The position numbers and the translations under genes are program-made. The notes beneath the pieces were generated by a model. The model saw only the letters and a program-made list of their open reading frames with translations. It made no database searches and was not told the DNA's origin. Positions 1 through 10,455 of a DNA stretch of 64,000 bases are shown piece by piece. This DNA comes from Candidatus Oxydemutatoraceae bacterium (GTDB taxonomy: Bacteria; Pseudomonadota; Gammaproteobacteria; Poriferisulfidales; Oxydemutatoraceae): positions 1,963,667-2,027,666 of the forward strand of contig CBDCOZ010000003.1 in assembly GCA_965220085.1 (NCBI GenBank). Reading direction: 5' to 3'. The stretch's first letter is position 1; each line of letters starts with the position of its first letter.

Positions 1-804
1 CTGCTAACCAGAGAAGAATTTGCCAAGTTTAAAGTGGTGATCGAAGAAAGATTAGCCGAGCTTGAGTTAGCGCTCAAAGAAAACAAGGCTCAGTGGAAAG
101 AAGAGTTGGACAAGTTTGAGTCGGCCATGAAAGAAGCGCTGGCCGAGTTAGCGACGAAAGAAGAATTGGCCAATCTTGAATCGGTCATGAAAGAAGAGCT
201 GACCAAGTTGAGCGAAGCGTTAGCCAATCTGGCGACGAAAGAAGAACTGGACAAGTCTGAGGCAACGATCAAAGGACACATAGAGCGGTTGGAAAAAGAA
301 TTGACCAAGTTGGGCGAAGAGTTGGACGATCTGGCGACGAAAAAAGAGTTAGGCGAGTTCAAGTCGGAAACCAAAGAAAACATAGATCGGTTGGAAAAAG
401 AATTGGCTCGGTTGAGAGAAAAGTTAACCCAGTTTGAATTGGCAATAAAAGAAGGCTTAGCCAAGTTCAAGTCAGAAACCCAAAAAGACATAGCTCAGTT
501 GCAAAAGGAATTGGCCGAGTTGAAAAAAGCGTTTGCTGAGTTCAAGTCAGAAGTTAAAAAAGATCTGGAGCGGTTGAGAAAGGACATAACCGAGTTGAGA
601 AAAGAGTTGGACGAGTTCAAGTCAGAAATGAAAAAAGTATTGGAAAATATGGCGACCAAAGAAGACCTGAAAAATCTGGCAACCAAAAAAGACTTGGAAC
701 ATATGGCGACCAAAGAAGACGTGGCTAAGGCGACAATAGGAATCATAAAGTGGCTTGTATTAACCGCACTTGCGTTAGCGGCTGTGATAGCCGCATTTAT
801 GTAA
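1..804 (+). CDS. Coiled-coil, C-terminally membrane-anchored protein (5'-partial; DUF1640/MCUR1-like architecture, tentative). Paralog of the genes at 54647..55675 and 56001..57077.
   Basis: The frame is open to the window start, so GTG at 34 is not the real start. Repeats of ATKEEL/ELxKL give a coiled-coil character. A single C-terminal hydrophobic helix WLVLTALALAAVIAAF is present. The 3' flank is shared with the 54647 gene. Confidence 0.7.
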   Translation: MLTREEFAKFKVVIEERLAELELALKENKAQWKEELDKFESAMKEALAELATKEELANLESVMKEELTKLSEALANLATKEELDKSEATIKGHIERLEKELTKLGEELDDLATKKELGEFKSETKENIDRLEKELARLREKLTQFELAIKEGLAKFKSETQKDIAQLQKELAELKKAFAEFKSEVKKDLERLRKDITELRKELDEFKSEMKKVLENMATKEDLKNLATKKDLEHMATKEDVAKATIGIIKWLVLTALALAAVIAAFM

Positions 805-842
805 CTCTTTGCTTAGGCCTGTGCCGTATCCTGTTCGCGCCG

Positions 843-876
843 ACAGAGGGAGCGCGCTTCGCAGACAGCGCTCCCC
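843..876 (+). terminator. Hairpin GAGGGAGCGC-N12-GCGCTCCC(C)CTC just downstream of the coiled-coil gene
   Basis: A 10-bp inverted repeat is seen directly. The homologous position downstream of the 54647 paralog has a compensating hairpin (GGGAGTG...CACGCTCCC). Confidence 0.35.
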
Positions 877-893
877 CTCCGGCATAGCGCAGT

Positions 894-1408
894 TGCCCCG
901 ACTCCCGCGCCGGGCGAATGATTGCCTGTTGCGCATCGTGCTTCCGGTTTGCGCTGCCCCGACTCCCGCGCCGGGCGAATGATCGCCTGTTGCGCATCGT
1001 GCTTCCGGTTTGCGTTGCCCCGACTCCCGCGCCGGGCGAATGATCGCCTGTTGCGCATCGTGCTTCCGGTTTGCGTTGCGCCGCCTCCCGCGCCGGGCGA
1101 ATGATTGCCTGTTGCGCATCGTGCTTCCGGTTTGCGCTGCCCCGACTCCCGCGCCGGGCGAATGATTGCCTGTTGCGCATCGTGCTTCCGGTTTGCGTTG
1201 CCCCGACTCCCGCGCCGGGCGAATGATCGCCTGTTGCGCATCGTGCTTCCGGTTTGCGTTGCCCCGACTCCCGCGCCGGACGAATGATCGCCTGTTGCGC
1301 ATCGTGCTTCCGGTTTGCGCTGCGCCGACTCCCGCGCCGGGCGAATGATCGCCTGTTGCGCATCGTGCTTCCGGTTTGCGCTGCCCCGACTCCCGCGCCG
1401 GGCGAATA
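894..1408. repeat. 61-bp direct tandem repeat, about 8.4 copies (unit ctgccccgactcccgcgccgggcgaatgattgcctgttgcgcatcgtgcttccggtttgcg)
   Basis: Near-perfect copies start at 894, 955, 1016, ... 1382. There are no spacers. The array sits inside the conserved 3' flank of the coiled-coil gene family, and the single-copy version lies at about 54470–54530. Confidence 0.95.
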
Positions 1409-1460
1409 TTGCGCGCGTTACATGCGTGAAAATAGCGATGAAACATCGCCGCTTTACAAC

Positions 1461-1476
1461 AGCCTCCGCGGAGGCT
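1461..1476. terminator. Perfect 16-bp palindrome AGCCTCCGCGGAGGCT between convergent genes
   Basis: Seen directly. The paralogous flank has a different but also palindromic sequence (CAACGACTTCCGTTGTTG). Confidence 0.3.
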
Positions 1477-1504
1477 TGGGCGGAGTCACGTATCAGCCCG
1501 CGGG

Positions 1505-2179
1505 TTATTTCCTTGCTATCCAGCACTGGCTTAACGCCAGATTTTTGAAAAGCCTTGCTAACAGGGGAATGTAAACGCTGACTCCTATATACACCTCGGT
1601 AGTCGCATACCTGAGCGGCGTAAATCCGTGGTAACGGAGCAAGCGCTTGAGCCCTTTGACGGTGAACCCGTTGCAGTGGGTTCTGTTATTCGTCGATTTC
1701 GGATAGCCGACCCCCAACTGGATATTGGCGGTATGAAACGTGGTCGGGTTCAGGCCGAACAGCAGAGAAAGCCGCTCGTGTAAAGCGGCCAGATTGGGAG
1801 TGCCGCAGACAAAGTGTCCGCCTTTGCGCAACACTCTGTGGATCTCATCGAGCGCGTGATCCACTTCATAAATATGTTCTAACACCTGATTACACGATAC
1901 GATGTCCAGCGATTCCGCAGCAAACGGCAGGTCGCTTTTGTTCAAGTCCAAAAATTCCAGAGAAGCCAAGCGGTGTTGCTTGGGATACTTTCCGTCCCAG
2001 CCTTCGCAATCTATGCCGTGAATCTCAGCGTCGCGGAATGTTTGCTTCAGAGCAAATATGGCTTCCTTGTCACAGCAACCTATCTCCAGAACCTTCCGCA
2101 CTTGCTCCTCTTTCAAGGAAGCTATCATGGAGAAATACAGGTTTCTGTCTTTGCGTCTATACGGCGTCATGGCCCGCAA
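1505..2179 (-). CDS. Class I SAM-dependent methyltransferase
   Basis: Motif I VLEIGCC, followed by D..E and LRKGGHFV motifs typical of the Methyltransf_11/25 fold. Confidence 0.7.
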   Translation of the reverse strand: MRAMTPYRRKDRNLYFSMIASLKEEQVRKVLEIGCCDKEAIFALKQTFRDAEIHGIDCEGWDGKYPKQHRLASLEFLDLNKSDLPFAAESLDIVSCNQVLEHIYEVDHALDEIHRVLRKGGHFVCGTPNLAALHERLSLLFGLNPTTFHTANIQLGVGYPKSTNNRTHCNGFTVKGLKRLLRYHGFTPLRYATTEVYIGVSVYIPLLARLFKNLALSQCWIARK

Positions 2180-2267
2180 CTGCCTCTGCCGGGAGGTCTG
2201 TGAGTCGCGGCGGAGCTATCACAGCCCTTCTTGTCAAGCGCCATGTTCATCGGCGGTGCGCCGGAGT

Positions 2268-3482
<1,215 letters not shown>

Positions 3483-3655
3483 CTATCCGTCAATTATTGA
3501 ATGCCCGCAGGCCAATCTGCAACAAACCCGCTTCAAATTCCGCAAATCCTTCCCGAAGAGGTGACAAGCGCTCATTGAATGCATTCCTGCGTATCCTGCC
3601 TTACTCCCCTTGTGTGTCCCGTAATACTCCCCTGCTCCGCCGCCGGGTACTCGCA

Positions 3656-5356
3656 TTATCGTAGCGGGCCTTCCAGGAAAAGGCGCAGGCGCAAGCGCAG
3701 ACCCGGGTCCGCGCCTTCCACTGCTATGCCAAAGGGCAGGCTGGCCGTATCGTCGCTTTCGGTGTTGTTGTCGGCATCCGCCACTGTCCAGATATAGGTA
3801 GCGGAAGTCGCCGCCGCTCTGGGGATGCCGCTGATGGTGCGGGTGGCGGGCTCAAGGCTTAGGCCCGCCGGCAGAGCCGGGGTCAGGGCATAGGTCAGCT
3901 CACCATTGCCGCCGCTGGCCGCAGGCAGGGTCAGGTCGGTGATGGCGGCGCCGGTCACCCAGCTCTGGTCGGCGATGGCGGCATCGGCGGCAAAGGCCGG
4001 CGCCGTATCCGTACTTACCTCTATGCCGAAGGTCAGCGTATCGGTATCGTTGATCATGGTATTGCTGTCGCCATCGGAGACCCGGTAGGCATAGGTGACA
4101 CTTGTAGCGGAGGCAGGTGTGCCGCTGATAGTACGCGTGTCGGCATCAAAGGCGAGACCCGCGGGCAACGCCGGAATCAGGGCATAGGTCAGCGCGCCAT
4201 CGCCGCCGCTGGCCGCAGGCAACACCACATCGGTGATGGCGGCGCCGATGATCCAAACCTGATCATCCGCCGAGGCATCGCCAAAGGCGGGCACACTGTT
4301 CACCAGCCTGCCGACGCTGCATCGCTCCTCGGAGGCCGGAGGGGAGAACTGATCCATAAAGGAAACGCAGACGCGTATGTGCTTGCCGGTCTGGGCCGCA
4401 AGCGGTGTGAAGTCGGAGAAAGTGATGCCTGTGGCAGTGGCGCCGGGTATATCGCTGTAATCACTGGTTAAAGGGGCGCGACCTCTGTCGGGGGAAGCGC
4501 CCTGTTGCCACTTCCAGGCCAGGGTAGCGACATCGATGCCGTTGGGTTCTGTCACACCGGTTATCGATGCCGTAAGCGGCACACCTACGTAATAGGCGGT
4601 GGCGGCGCCCGTAGCAGTCGCTACCGTGGGCACACCGCTGGCGGCCGTCTGCGTGGATGCCCCTGCCAGGTTGATGGTCATCGTGGCCTCAGTAGCAACT
4701 GGCGATGTTCCAAATGTTTCGATGCTGAAGCGGAAACTGGTAGCGGTGACAGAGATGTCATCGGTTGGCGGGGTGTATCGGAGTTTGTTTTCGGAGTTGG
4801 CAGGTGAAAAATGAGGCATGTGGAATGAGCGACCCCTCTGGTTATCACGACCGAGCTGGCCGATGAAGAGATTGAAGGTGCCATCGTCCTCATAGAAAAG
4901 GGTGCCAAGATCAGGCAAACTTTCGATGTACAGGGTGCCGCCTGTGAAACCGGGGAAGTCGGCCAACCGGAAAGTATAAGTGTCCCCGCCAAGTTCGACA
5001 TCAACACTGCTGTCTTGGGCGGTTTGCGCGTTCGCCCCGGTTGCGCCCAATGCCAGGCACAGCGCGGCCGCGCCGATGCGCCGCAAAATTGCGTAACCCG
5101 CGTCTGCGTCAAGGGGCAGGCAATGTATGGCAACCGCGACGATGCGACGCGCCGCCGCCCGCGCGGGTGCGAAGAGCGCCGCAAACCATAGCGCAAGCCG
5201 AGGCGCCGCCGGAAGACGCATCCGCGTTGCGGATGGCGAGTTGCGGTGTGCGGGTGGCAGAAAGCGAGCGGCGAGGCGATATAGCCGGGAGTCCGCAATC
5301 CCCCTATTTACACAGCGCACGGGGGAGGGGGGGGGGGGGGGGGGTAGTATTAACAT
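3656..5356 (-). CDS. Secreted Ig/cadherin-like repeat protein, paralog 'A' of the 57.4–64 kb array. Ends in RLRLRLFLEGPLR. The 5' end is uncertain or degenerate.
   Basis: The C-terminal ~150 aa and the 3' flank are near-identical to 57417..58292 and 61894..62735. Domain-like TMTINL segments are present. A poly-C tract follows the candidate starts. Confidence 0.65.
   Translation of the reverse strand: MLILPPPPPPSPVRCVNRGIADSRLYRLAARFLPPAHRNSPSATRMRLPAAPRLALWFAALFAPARAAARRIVAVAIHCLPLDADAGYAILRRIGAAALCLALGATGANAQTAQDSSVDVELGGDTYTFRLADFPGFTGGTLYIESLPDLGTLFYEDDGTFNLFIGQLGRDNQRGRSFHMPHFSPANSENKLRYTPPTDDISVTATSFRFSIETFGTSPVATEATMTINLAGASTQTAASGVPTVATATGAATAYYVGVPLTASITGVTEPNGIDVATLAWKWQQGASPDRGRAPLTSDYSDIPGATATGITFSDFTPLAAQTGKHIRVCVSFMDQFSPPASEERCSVGRLVNSVPAFGDASADDQVWIIGAAITDVVLPAASGGDGALTYALIPALPAGLAFDADTRTISGTPASATSVTYAYRVSDGDSNTMINDTDTLTFGIEVSTDTAPAFAADAAIADQSWVTGAAITDLTLPAASGGNGELTYALTPALPAGLSLEPATRTISGIPRAAATSATYIWTVADADNNTESDDTASLPFGIAVEGADPGLRLRLRLFLEGPLR
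5327..5344. repeat. Homopolymeric G18 tract (C18 on the coding strand), preceded by GGGGGA
   Basis: Counted directly. It lies just 3' of two alternative ATGs (5369 and 5356) that are in different frames. Confidence 0.95.
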
Positions 5357-5599
5357 TTTGTTGCTTCATATCTATCTATACTGATGTAACATATGTCATG
5401 TTTCTGGTAAATGCGGTTGCATGTAGTATGTGCACAAACAACTCCGTTGTTTGTAGCTTTTGCATGGAGCACAAACAATTGAGTATGGTTTGCGTTCCAT
5501 CACTGTTTGCGGATTGTTTAGCGCCGTGTGCTCTGCCACAAGGCGCAAGTCATTTACAAGAGTTAAGTTGCTCATTGTTTCCCTCCTTTGGCGTACTCT

Positions 5600-5740
5600 A
5601 CCACAGAGTACGGGTCATTTGCAAGCGCCTCCTGCCCTGCTCCCCTTGTCTGCGCCCCATATGCTCCCCTGCTCCGCCGCAGGATACTCGCGCTATCGCA
5701 ACGGGCCTTCCAGAAAAAGGCGCGGGCACAGGGCGGCGGG
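5600..5740. other. Orphan degenerate copy of the family 3'-boundary element (…TACTCGCGCTATCGCAACGGGCCTTCCAGAAAAAGGCGCGG…) with no attached gene
   Basis: Aligns to the conserved 3' tail/boundary at 3579–3700 and to the 58.6, 60.4, 61.9 and 62.9 kb junctions. Confidence 0.5.
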
Positions 5741-6015
5741 AGCAGCGCATGACAGCGCCGGTTAAGCCGTTCATGCCATCGCGCGGATATTTGCGCCGCC
5801 GCGCATAGCGTGATGAGCGGCTGGGGCGGCAGGCGTCCATGCCGGCTTCTATCCCGCGTTGCTGCCGGGAGCCCGCAATGTTTGCGGCATTATCCGGGGC
5901 GGGCGGCGCAGAAACCTGCGGCAAGCAAACTTGAAAATCGGGCATGCTGATATAATAGCGCACGAACCATGCCCAAAGTATTTGTCTCCGCCGAAACGCC
6001 GACGCCGAAACACCG

Positions 6016-8316
6016 TTGAAAAAGAAAGTCATCTCCAAAGCAACCGCCAAACGGTTACAAAAACCGCAGACACGACCGCCGGGCTCCGGGTTGCTCAAAC
6101 GCCTGCGCACCGCCATCGGCGCCATGCTGGTTGTCATCATCGCTTACCTGTTATTGGTATTGCTCGGCTACCACCCCGACGACCCGTCGTGGGCAAACAA
6201 TGTTCCTGCCGACCAAACCCGCAATCCCGGCGGCGTCATCGGCGCATGGATTGCATACACCTTGTATTTTTTCCTCGGCGGCCCGGCGCTTGTTTTGTTC
6301 CCGCTCGCCATCGGCCTGAGCGCGTGGCACTACTTTAAGCAGGAAGAGAGCGCCCCGTCCTTTCTCAACGAGCACCTGATCAACTGGCTGACATTTGTGC
6401 TGACGATCATCGCGTGTTGCGGGCTGGCATCGCTGCATTTTGTCGGCCACGAACTGCCATTGACGGCGGGCGGGCGGGTCGGCGAGGTGGCGGCGCGCAA
6501 TTTTGTCAGCGTATTCGGAATGGTCGGCTCCACGGTGCTATTGACCGGCCTTGCGGTCACCGGCTTCACCCTGATGACCGGCATTTCGTGGCTCAAAGTC
6601 ATGGATGCCATCGGCGCTTCGATATTCCGCCTGCTGGATTGGGGCAAAGAGCTGCGCGAACGCCGCGCCACGCAACTCGCCGCGGAAGACCGAGAGAAGA
6701 GAATCGTGCAAAGGAAGAAAAAGTTGTCTATTGATACGCCGCCGCGGATTGAACCGCAGGTCAAATCGGTCGGGCCGAGCAAACGCCAGCGGCGCGAGCG
6801 GCAGATCGGATTGCCCCAAGTGAAATCGTCCGATGAGTTGCCGGCGCTGAGTTTGCTGGATGCCTCGGCCGAAGAAGTCGCGGCGTATTCCGAAAAAGAG
6901 CTCAACCAAATGGCGAAGCAATTGGAGATCAAGTTGCAGGACTTCGGCATTGAAGCGGAGGTCACCGAAGCGCAGCCCGGCCCGATCATCACGCGCTTTG
7001 AATTGTTGCCGGCGCCCGGCACCAAAGCGTCCTCTATCAGCAATCTGGAGAAGGACCTGGCGCGCTCCATGTCGGTTCCGAGTCTGCGCGTCGTTGAAGT
7101 GATTCCGGGCAAATCGGTGGTCGGCATAGAAATTCCGAATCAGCGACCGTCCGTTGTGCGGCTGGGAGAAATTCTCGGTTCGCAAAAATACGACGAAGCC
7201 AAATCGCCTCTGACGCTCGCGCTCGGCAAAGGCATTACCGGCGAAGCGACGATGGTGAATCTGGAAAGCCTGCCCCATCTGCTGGCGGCGGGCACGACCG
7301 GGGCCGGCAAGTCGGTGGCGGTACATGTCATGCTGCTCAGTCTCTTGTTTAAGAATCTTCCCCGACAGGTGCGCCTGATTCTGATCGACCCCAAGATGCT
7401 GGAACTCAAAACCTACGAAAACATCCCCCACTTGCTGACGCCGGTGATTACCGATATGAACGAAGCAGCCGGCGTCCTGAACTGGGCGGTGGCCGAAATG
7501 GAACGGCGTTATCAATTGATGGCAAGCGTCGGCGCGCGCAATATCGGCGGGCTGAACCAGCGCATCGCCGAAGCGCAGAACCGCGGGCAGCCGCTGCGCG
7601 ACCCGTTGCTTGAGAATAGCGACGGCGAAGAGGGGGAAGCGAATGAGGCGCCGCTGCTGGAAGCGATGCCCTATATCGTCATCGTCATAGACGAGTTTGC
7701 GGACATGATGATGGTCGCCGGCAAAAAAGTCGAGGAACTGATTATCCGCCTGGCGCAAAAAGCCCGCGCCGCCGGCCTGCACCTGATTCTTGCGACCCAA
7801 CGGCCTTCCGTCGATATCATCACCGGTCTGGTCAAAGCAAACATTCCGGCGCGGATCGCTTTTCAGGTGTCGTCCAAAGTCGATTCGCGAACCATCCTGG
7901 ACCAAAACGGCGCCGAACAACTGCTCGGCAAAGGCGACATGTTATTCCTCGCCCCCGGCGGCGGCTTGCCGGAACGCATCCACGGCGCGTTTGTCAGCGA
8001 TCGGGAAGTCGCCAAGGTGACGGATTTTCTGCGCCGGACGGGAACGCCGCAATACGAAGACCTGCTCGCTGCGCCGACAGCCGGCGCGGGCGGCGCGGGC
8101 GGCGGACAAGGCGATGACCCGCTGTTTGACGAAGCCGTCGCCATCGTCACCGCATCCAACAAGGCCTCCATATCGCATCTGCAACGCCGCCTCAAGATCG
8201 GCTATAACCGCGCCGCCAGAATGATAGAGGACATGGAAGCCGCCGGCATTGTCAGCGCGGTGCAATCCAACGGCAGCCGCGAAGTGCTGGCGCCGCGCGA
8301 AGGTCGCGAATCATGA
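6016..8316 (+). CDS. ftsK: DNA translocase FtsK
   Basis: TTG start. Has N-terminal TM helices, a Pro/Gln-rich linker, Walker A GTTGAGKS and a C-terminal gamma winged-helix ([28 protein letters not shown]). Confidence 0.95.
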   Translation: MKKKVISKATAKRLQKPQTRPPGSGLLKRLRTAIGAMLVVIIAYLLLVLLGYHPDDPSWANNVPADQTRNPGGVIGAWIAYTLYFFLGGPALVLFPLAIGLSAWHYFKQEESAPSFLNEHLINWLTFVLTIIACCGLASLHFVGHELPLTAGGRVGEVAARNFVSVFGMVGSTVLLTGLAVTGFTLMTGISWLKVMDAIGASIFRLLDWGKELRERRATQLAAEDREKRIVQRKKKLSIDTPPRIEPQVKSVGPSKRQRRERQIGLPQVKSSDELPALSLLDASAEEVAAYSEKELNQMAKQLEIKLQDFGIEAEVTEAQPGPIITRFELLPAPGTKASSISNLEKDLARSMSVPSLRVVEVIPGKSVVGIEIPNQRPSVVRLGEILGSQKYDEAKSPLTLALGKGITGEATMVNLESLPHLLAAGTTGAGKSVAVHVMLLSLLFKNLPRQVRLILIDPKMLELKTYENIPHLLTPVITDMNEAAGVLNWAVAEMERRYQLMASVGARNIGGLNQRIAEAQNRGQPLRDPLLENSDGEEGEANEAPLLEAMPYIVIVIDEFADMMMVAGKKVEELIIRLAQKARAAGLHLILATQRPSVDIITGLVKANIPARIAFQVSSKVDSRTILDQNGAEQLLGKGDMLFLAPGGGLPERIHGAFVSDREVAKVTDFLRRTGTPQYEDLLAAPTAGAGGAGGGQGDDPLFDEAVAIVTASNKASISHLQRRLKIGYNRAARMIEDMEAAGIVSAVQSNGSREVLAPREGRES

Positions 8317-9125
8317 TGCGCCGCCTCAAGATCGGCTATAACCGCGCCGCCAGAATGATAGAGGACATGGAAGCCGCCGGCATTGTCAGCGCAGCGCAAT
8401 CCAACGGCAGCCGCGAAGCGCTGGCGCCGCGCGAAGGTCGCGAATCATGATGCGCCGCCTCAAGATCGGCTATAACCGCGCCGCCAAAATGACAGAGGAC
8501 ATGGAAGCCGCCGGCATTGTCAGCGCAGCGCAATCCAACGGCAGCCGCGAAGCGCTGGCGCCGCGCGAAGGTCGCGAATCATGATGCGCCGCCTCAAGAT
8601 CGGCTATAACCGCGCCGCCAAAATGACAGAGGACATGGAAGCCGCCGGCATTGTCAGCGCAGCGCAATCCAACGGCAGCCGCGAAGCGCTGGCGCCGCGC
8701 GAAGGTCGCGAATCATGATGCGCCGCCTCAAGATCGGCTATAACCGCGCCGCCAGAATGACAGAGGACATGGAAGCCGCCGGCATTGTCAGCGCAGCGCA
8801 ATCCAACGGCAGCCGCGAAGCGCTGGCGCCGCGCGAAGGTCGCGAATCATGATGCGCCGCCTCAAGATCGGCCATAACCGCGCCGCCAGAATGACAGAGG
8901 ACATGGAAGCCGCCGGCATTGTCAGCGCAGCGCAATCCAACGGCAGCCGCGAGGCGCTGGCGCCGCGCGAAGGTCGCGAATCATGATGCGCCGCCTCAAG
9001 ATCGGCTATAACCGCGCCGCCAGAATGACAGAGGACATGGAAGCCGCCGGCATTGTCAGCGCAGCGCAATCCAACGGCAACCGCGAAGCGCTGGCGCCGC
9101 GCGAAGGTCGCGAATCATGATGCGC
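8183..9125 (+). repeat. 134-bp tandem array of 7 copies: the ftsK 3' end plus the ATGA junction, with 6 extra copies before lolA
   Basis: ATGATGCGCCGCCTC recurs at 8313, 8447, 8581, 8715, 8849, 8983 and 9117 (period 134). The copies differ by a few point substitutions. Confidence 0.95.
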
Positions 9126-9731
9126 CGCCTCGGACTTTTGCTCTTGTGGCTGCCGTGTGTCGGCTCCGCCGGCGCACTCGACGACCTCTACCACTTTTTT
9201 CAGGCGACAACATTTGAGGCAGACTTTGCGCAGAAAGTCTATGACGATGAAGATCAATTGCTGGAGACTTCCCAAGGCTTTGTGCTGTTCCGCCGCCCGG
9301 GGCAATTCCGCTGGGAATACCGCGCGCCCGAAAGTTACATCATCACGACCGACGGCATCAATCTGCTCGTCTATGACCCGGCTTTGTCTCAGGCCTATGT
9401 TCGCCCGACGATGGAAGCGCTCGGCACCGCGCCTTTGCGCCTGCTGTTAGACCGCCGCCGGGTCTTTGATGATTTTGATTTGGAACCGGTTGCGCGCGCC
9501 GACAAACTGAAGTGGGTACGCTTGACTCCGAAAGTGGACGACACCGAATTCACGCATTTTGAAGTCGGCTTTGCCGGGCACGGGATCAGCCGCATGGCGT
9601 TGTTCGATCGCTTTGATCAACGCATAGACATACGCTTTGACAATGTGAAGATCAACCCGGCGATAGCGGCAAGCCGTTTCAAACTCCGGTTGCCGCCGGA
9701 CACCGATGTCATCGGCGACTACCTGCGCTGA
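9117..9731 (+). CDS. lolA: Outer-membrane lipoprotein carrier protein LolA
   Basis: Has a signal peptide [20 protein letters not shown] and LolA-like sequence throughout. Conserved ftsK–lolA synteny. Confidence 0.9.
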   Translation: MMRRLGLLLLWLPCVGSAGALDDLYHFFQATTFEADFAQKVYDDEDQLLETSQGFVLFRRPGQFRWEYRAPESYIITTDGINLLVYDPALSQAYVRPTMEALGTAPLRLLLDRRRVFDDFDLEPVARADKLKWVRLTPKVDDTEFTHFEVGFAGHGISRMALFDRFDQRIDIRFDNVKINPAIAASRFKLRLPPDTDVIGDYLR

Positions 9732-10455
9732 ACCGAACCGCTATGCGGCCGGCGAGCGGAACAGCTTGGAAACGGGATTGACGTTTTTCACTTCCATCTG
9801 ATCGACGCGCTTGCCGGCTTGCGTCAGGCCGTTAAACGACGGGCACACAAACAGGTTGCCATTCGCGGCAAGCCGTTTCAAACTCCGGTTGCCGCCGGAC
9901 ACCGATGTCATCGGCGACTACCTGCGCTGAACCGAACCGCTATGCGGCCGGCGAGCGGAACAGCTTGGAAACGGGATTGACGTTTTTCACTTCCATCTGA
10001 TCGACGCGCCTGCCGGCTTGCGCCAGGCCGTTAAACGACGGGCACACAAACAGGTTGCCATTCGCGGCAAGCCGGTTCAAACTCCGGTTGCCGCCGGACA
10101 CCGATGTCATCGGCGACTACCTGCGCTGAACCGAACCGCTATGCGGCCGGCGAGCGGAACAGCTTGGAAACGGGATTGACGTTTTTCACTTCAAACTGAT
10201 CGACGCGCCTGTCGGCTTGCGTCAGGCCGTTAAACGACGGGCACACAAACAGGTTGCCATTCGCGGCAAGCCGGTTCAAACTCCGGTTGCCGCCGGACAC
10301 CGATGTCATCGGCGACTACCTGCGCTGAACCGAACCGCTATGCGGCCGGCGAGCGGAACAGCTTGGAAACGGGATTGACGTTTTTCACTTCAAACTGATC
10401 GACGCGCCTGTCGGCTTGCGTCAGGCCGTTAAACGACGGGCACACAAACAGATTG
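9671..10455. repeat. ~180-bp tandem array of about 4.3 copies spanning the convergent 3' ends of lolA (+) and the nucleotidyltransferase gene (−)
   Basis: GCAAGCCGTTTCAAACTCCGG recurs at about 9671, 9871, 10051 and 10231. Each unit carries the lolA stop and the C-terminal codons of the minus-strand gene. Confidence 0.9.

Noticed and set aside
894-1408. CRISPR array (regular ~61-bp repeats)
   Set aside because: The copies are contiguous and identical with no unique spacers. The same holds for the 134-, 140-, 177-, 179- and 180-bp arrays, which are segments of coding DNA. There are no cas genes.
3656-5356. Taking MLILPPPPPPSPV… (ATG 5356) as the true start of paralog A
   Set aside because: No RBS, and the product would have ~110 residues before the signal-peptide-like segment. 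The family-homologous ATG at 5369 is out of frame, so the true start is left unresolved and the phase-variation reading is offered instead.
5598-6140. 180-aa minus-strand ORF upstream of ftsK
   Set aside because: Arg-rich low-complexity translation with no start context. It overlaps the ftsK promoter and start and the orphan boundary remnant.
6538-7920. Long antisense ORFs inside high-GC genes (6538–7920 in ftsK; 11009–12592; 17332–18507 in plsX; 25683–26930 in the bat operon; 28230–28964)
   Set aside because: These are typical stop-codon-poor antisense frames of ~60% GC DNA. There is no RBS and no domain similarity, and they fully overlap well-supported genes.
7942-9305. Series of 65–99-aa minus-strand ORFs ([13 protein letters not shown]…) listed in the six-frame track
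   Set aside because: They are antisense read-through of the 134-bp ftsK-end repeats, so each ORF is a repeat artefact. The plus-strand 60-aa ORFs at 922–1348 in the 61-bp array are rejected for the same reason.
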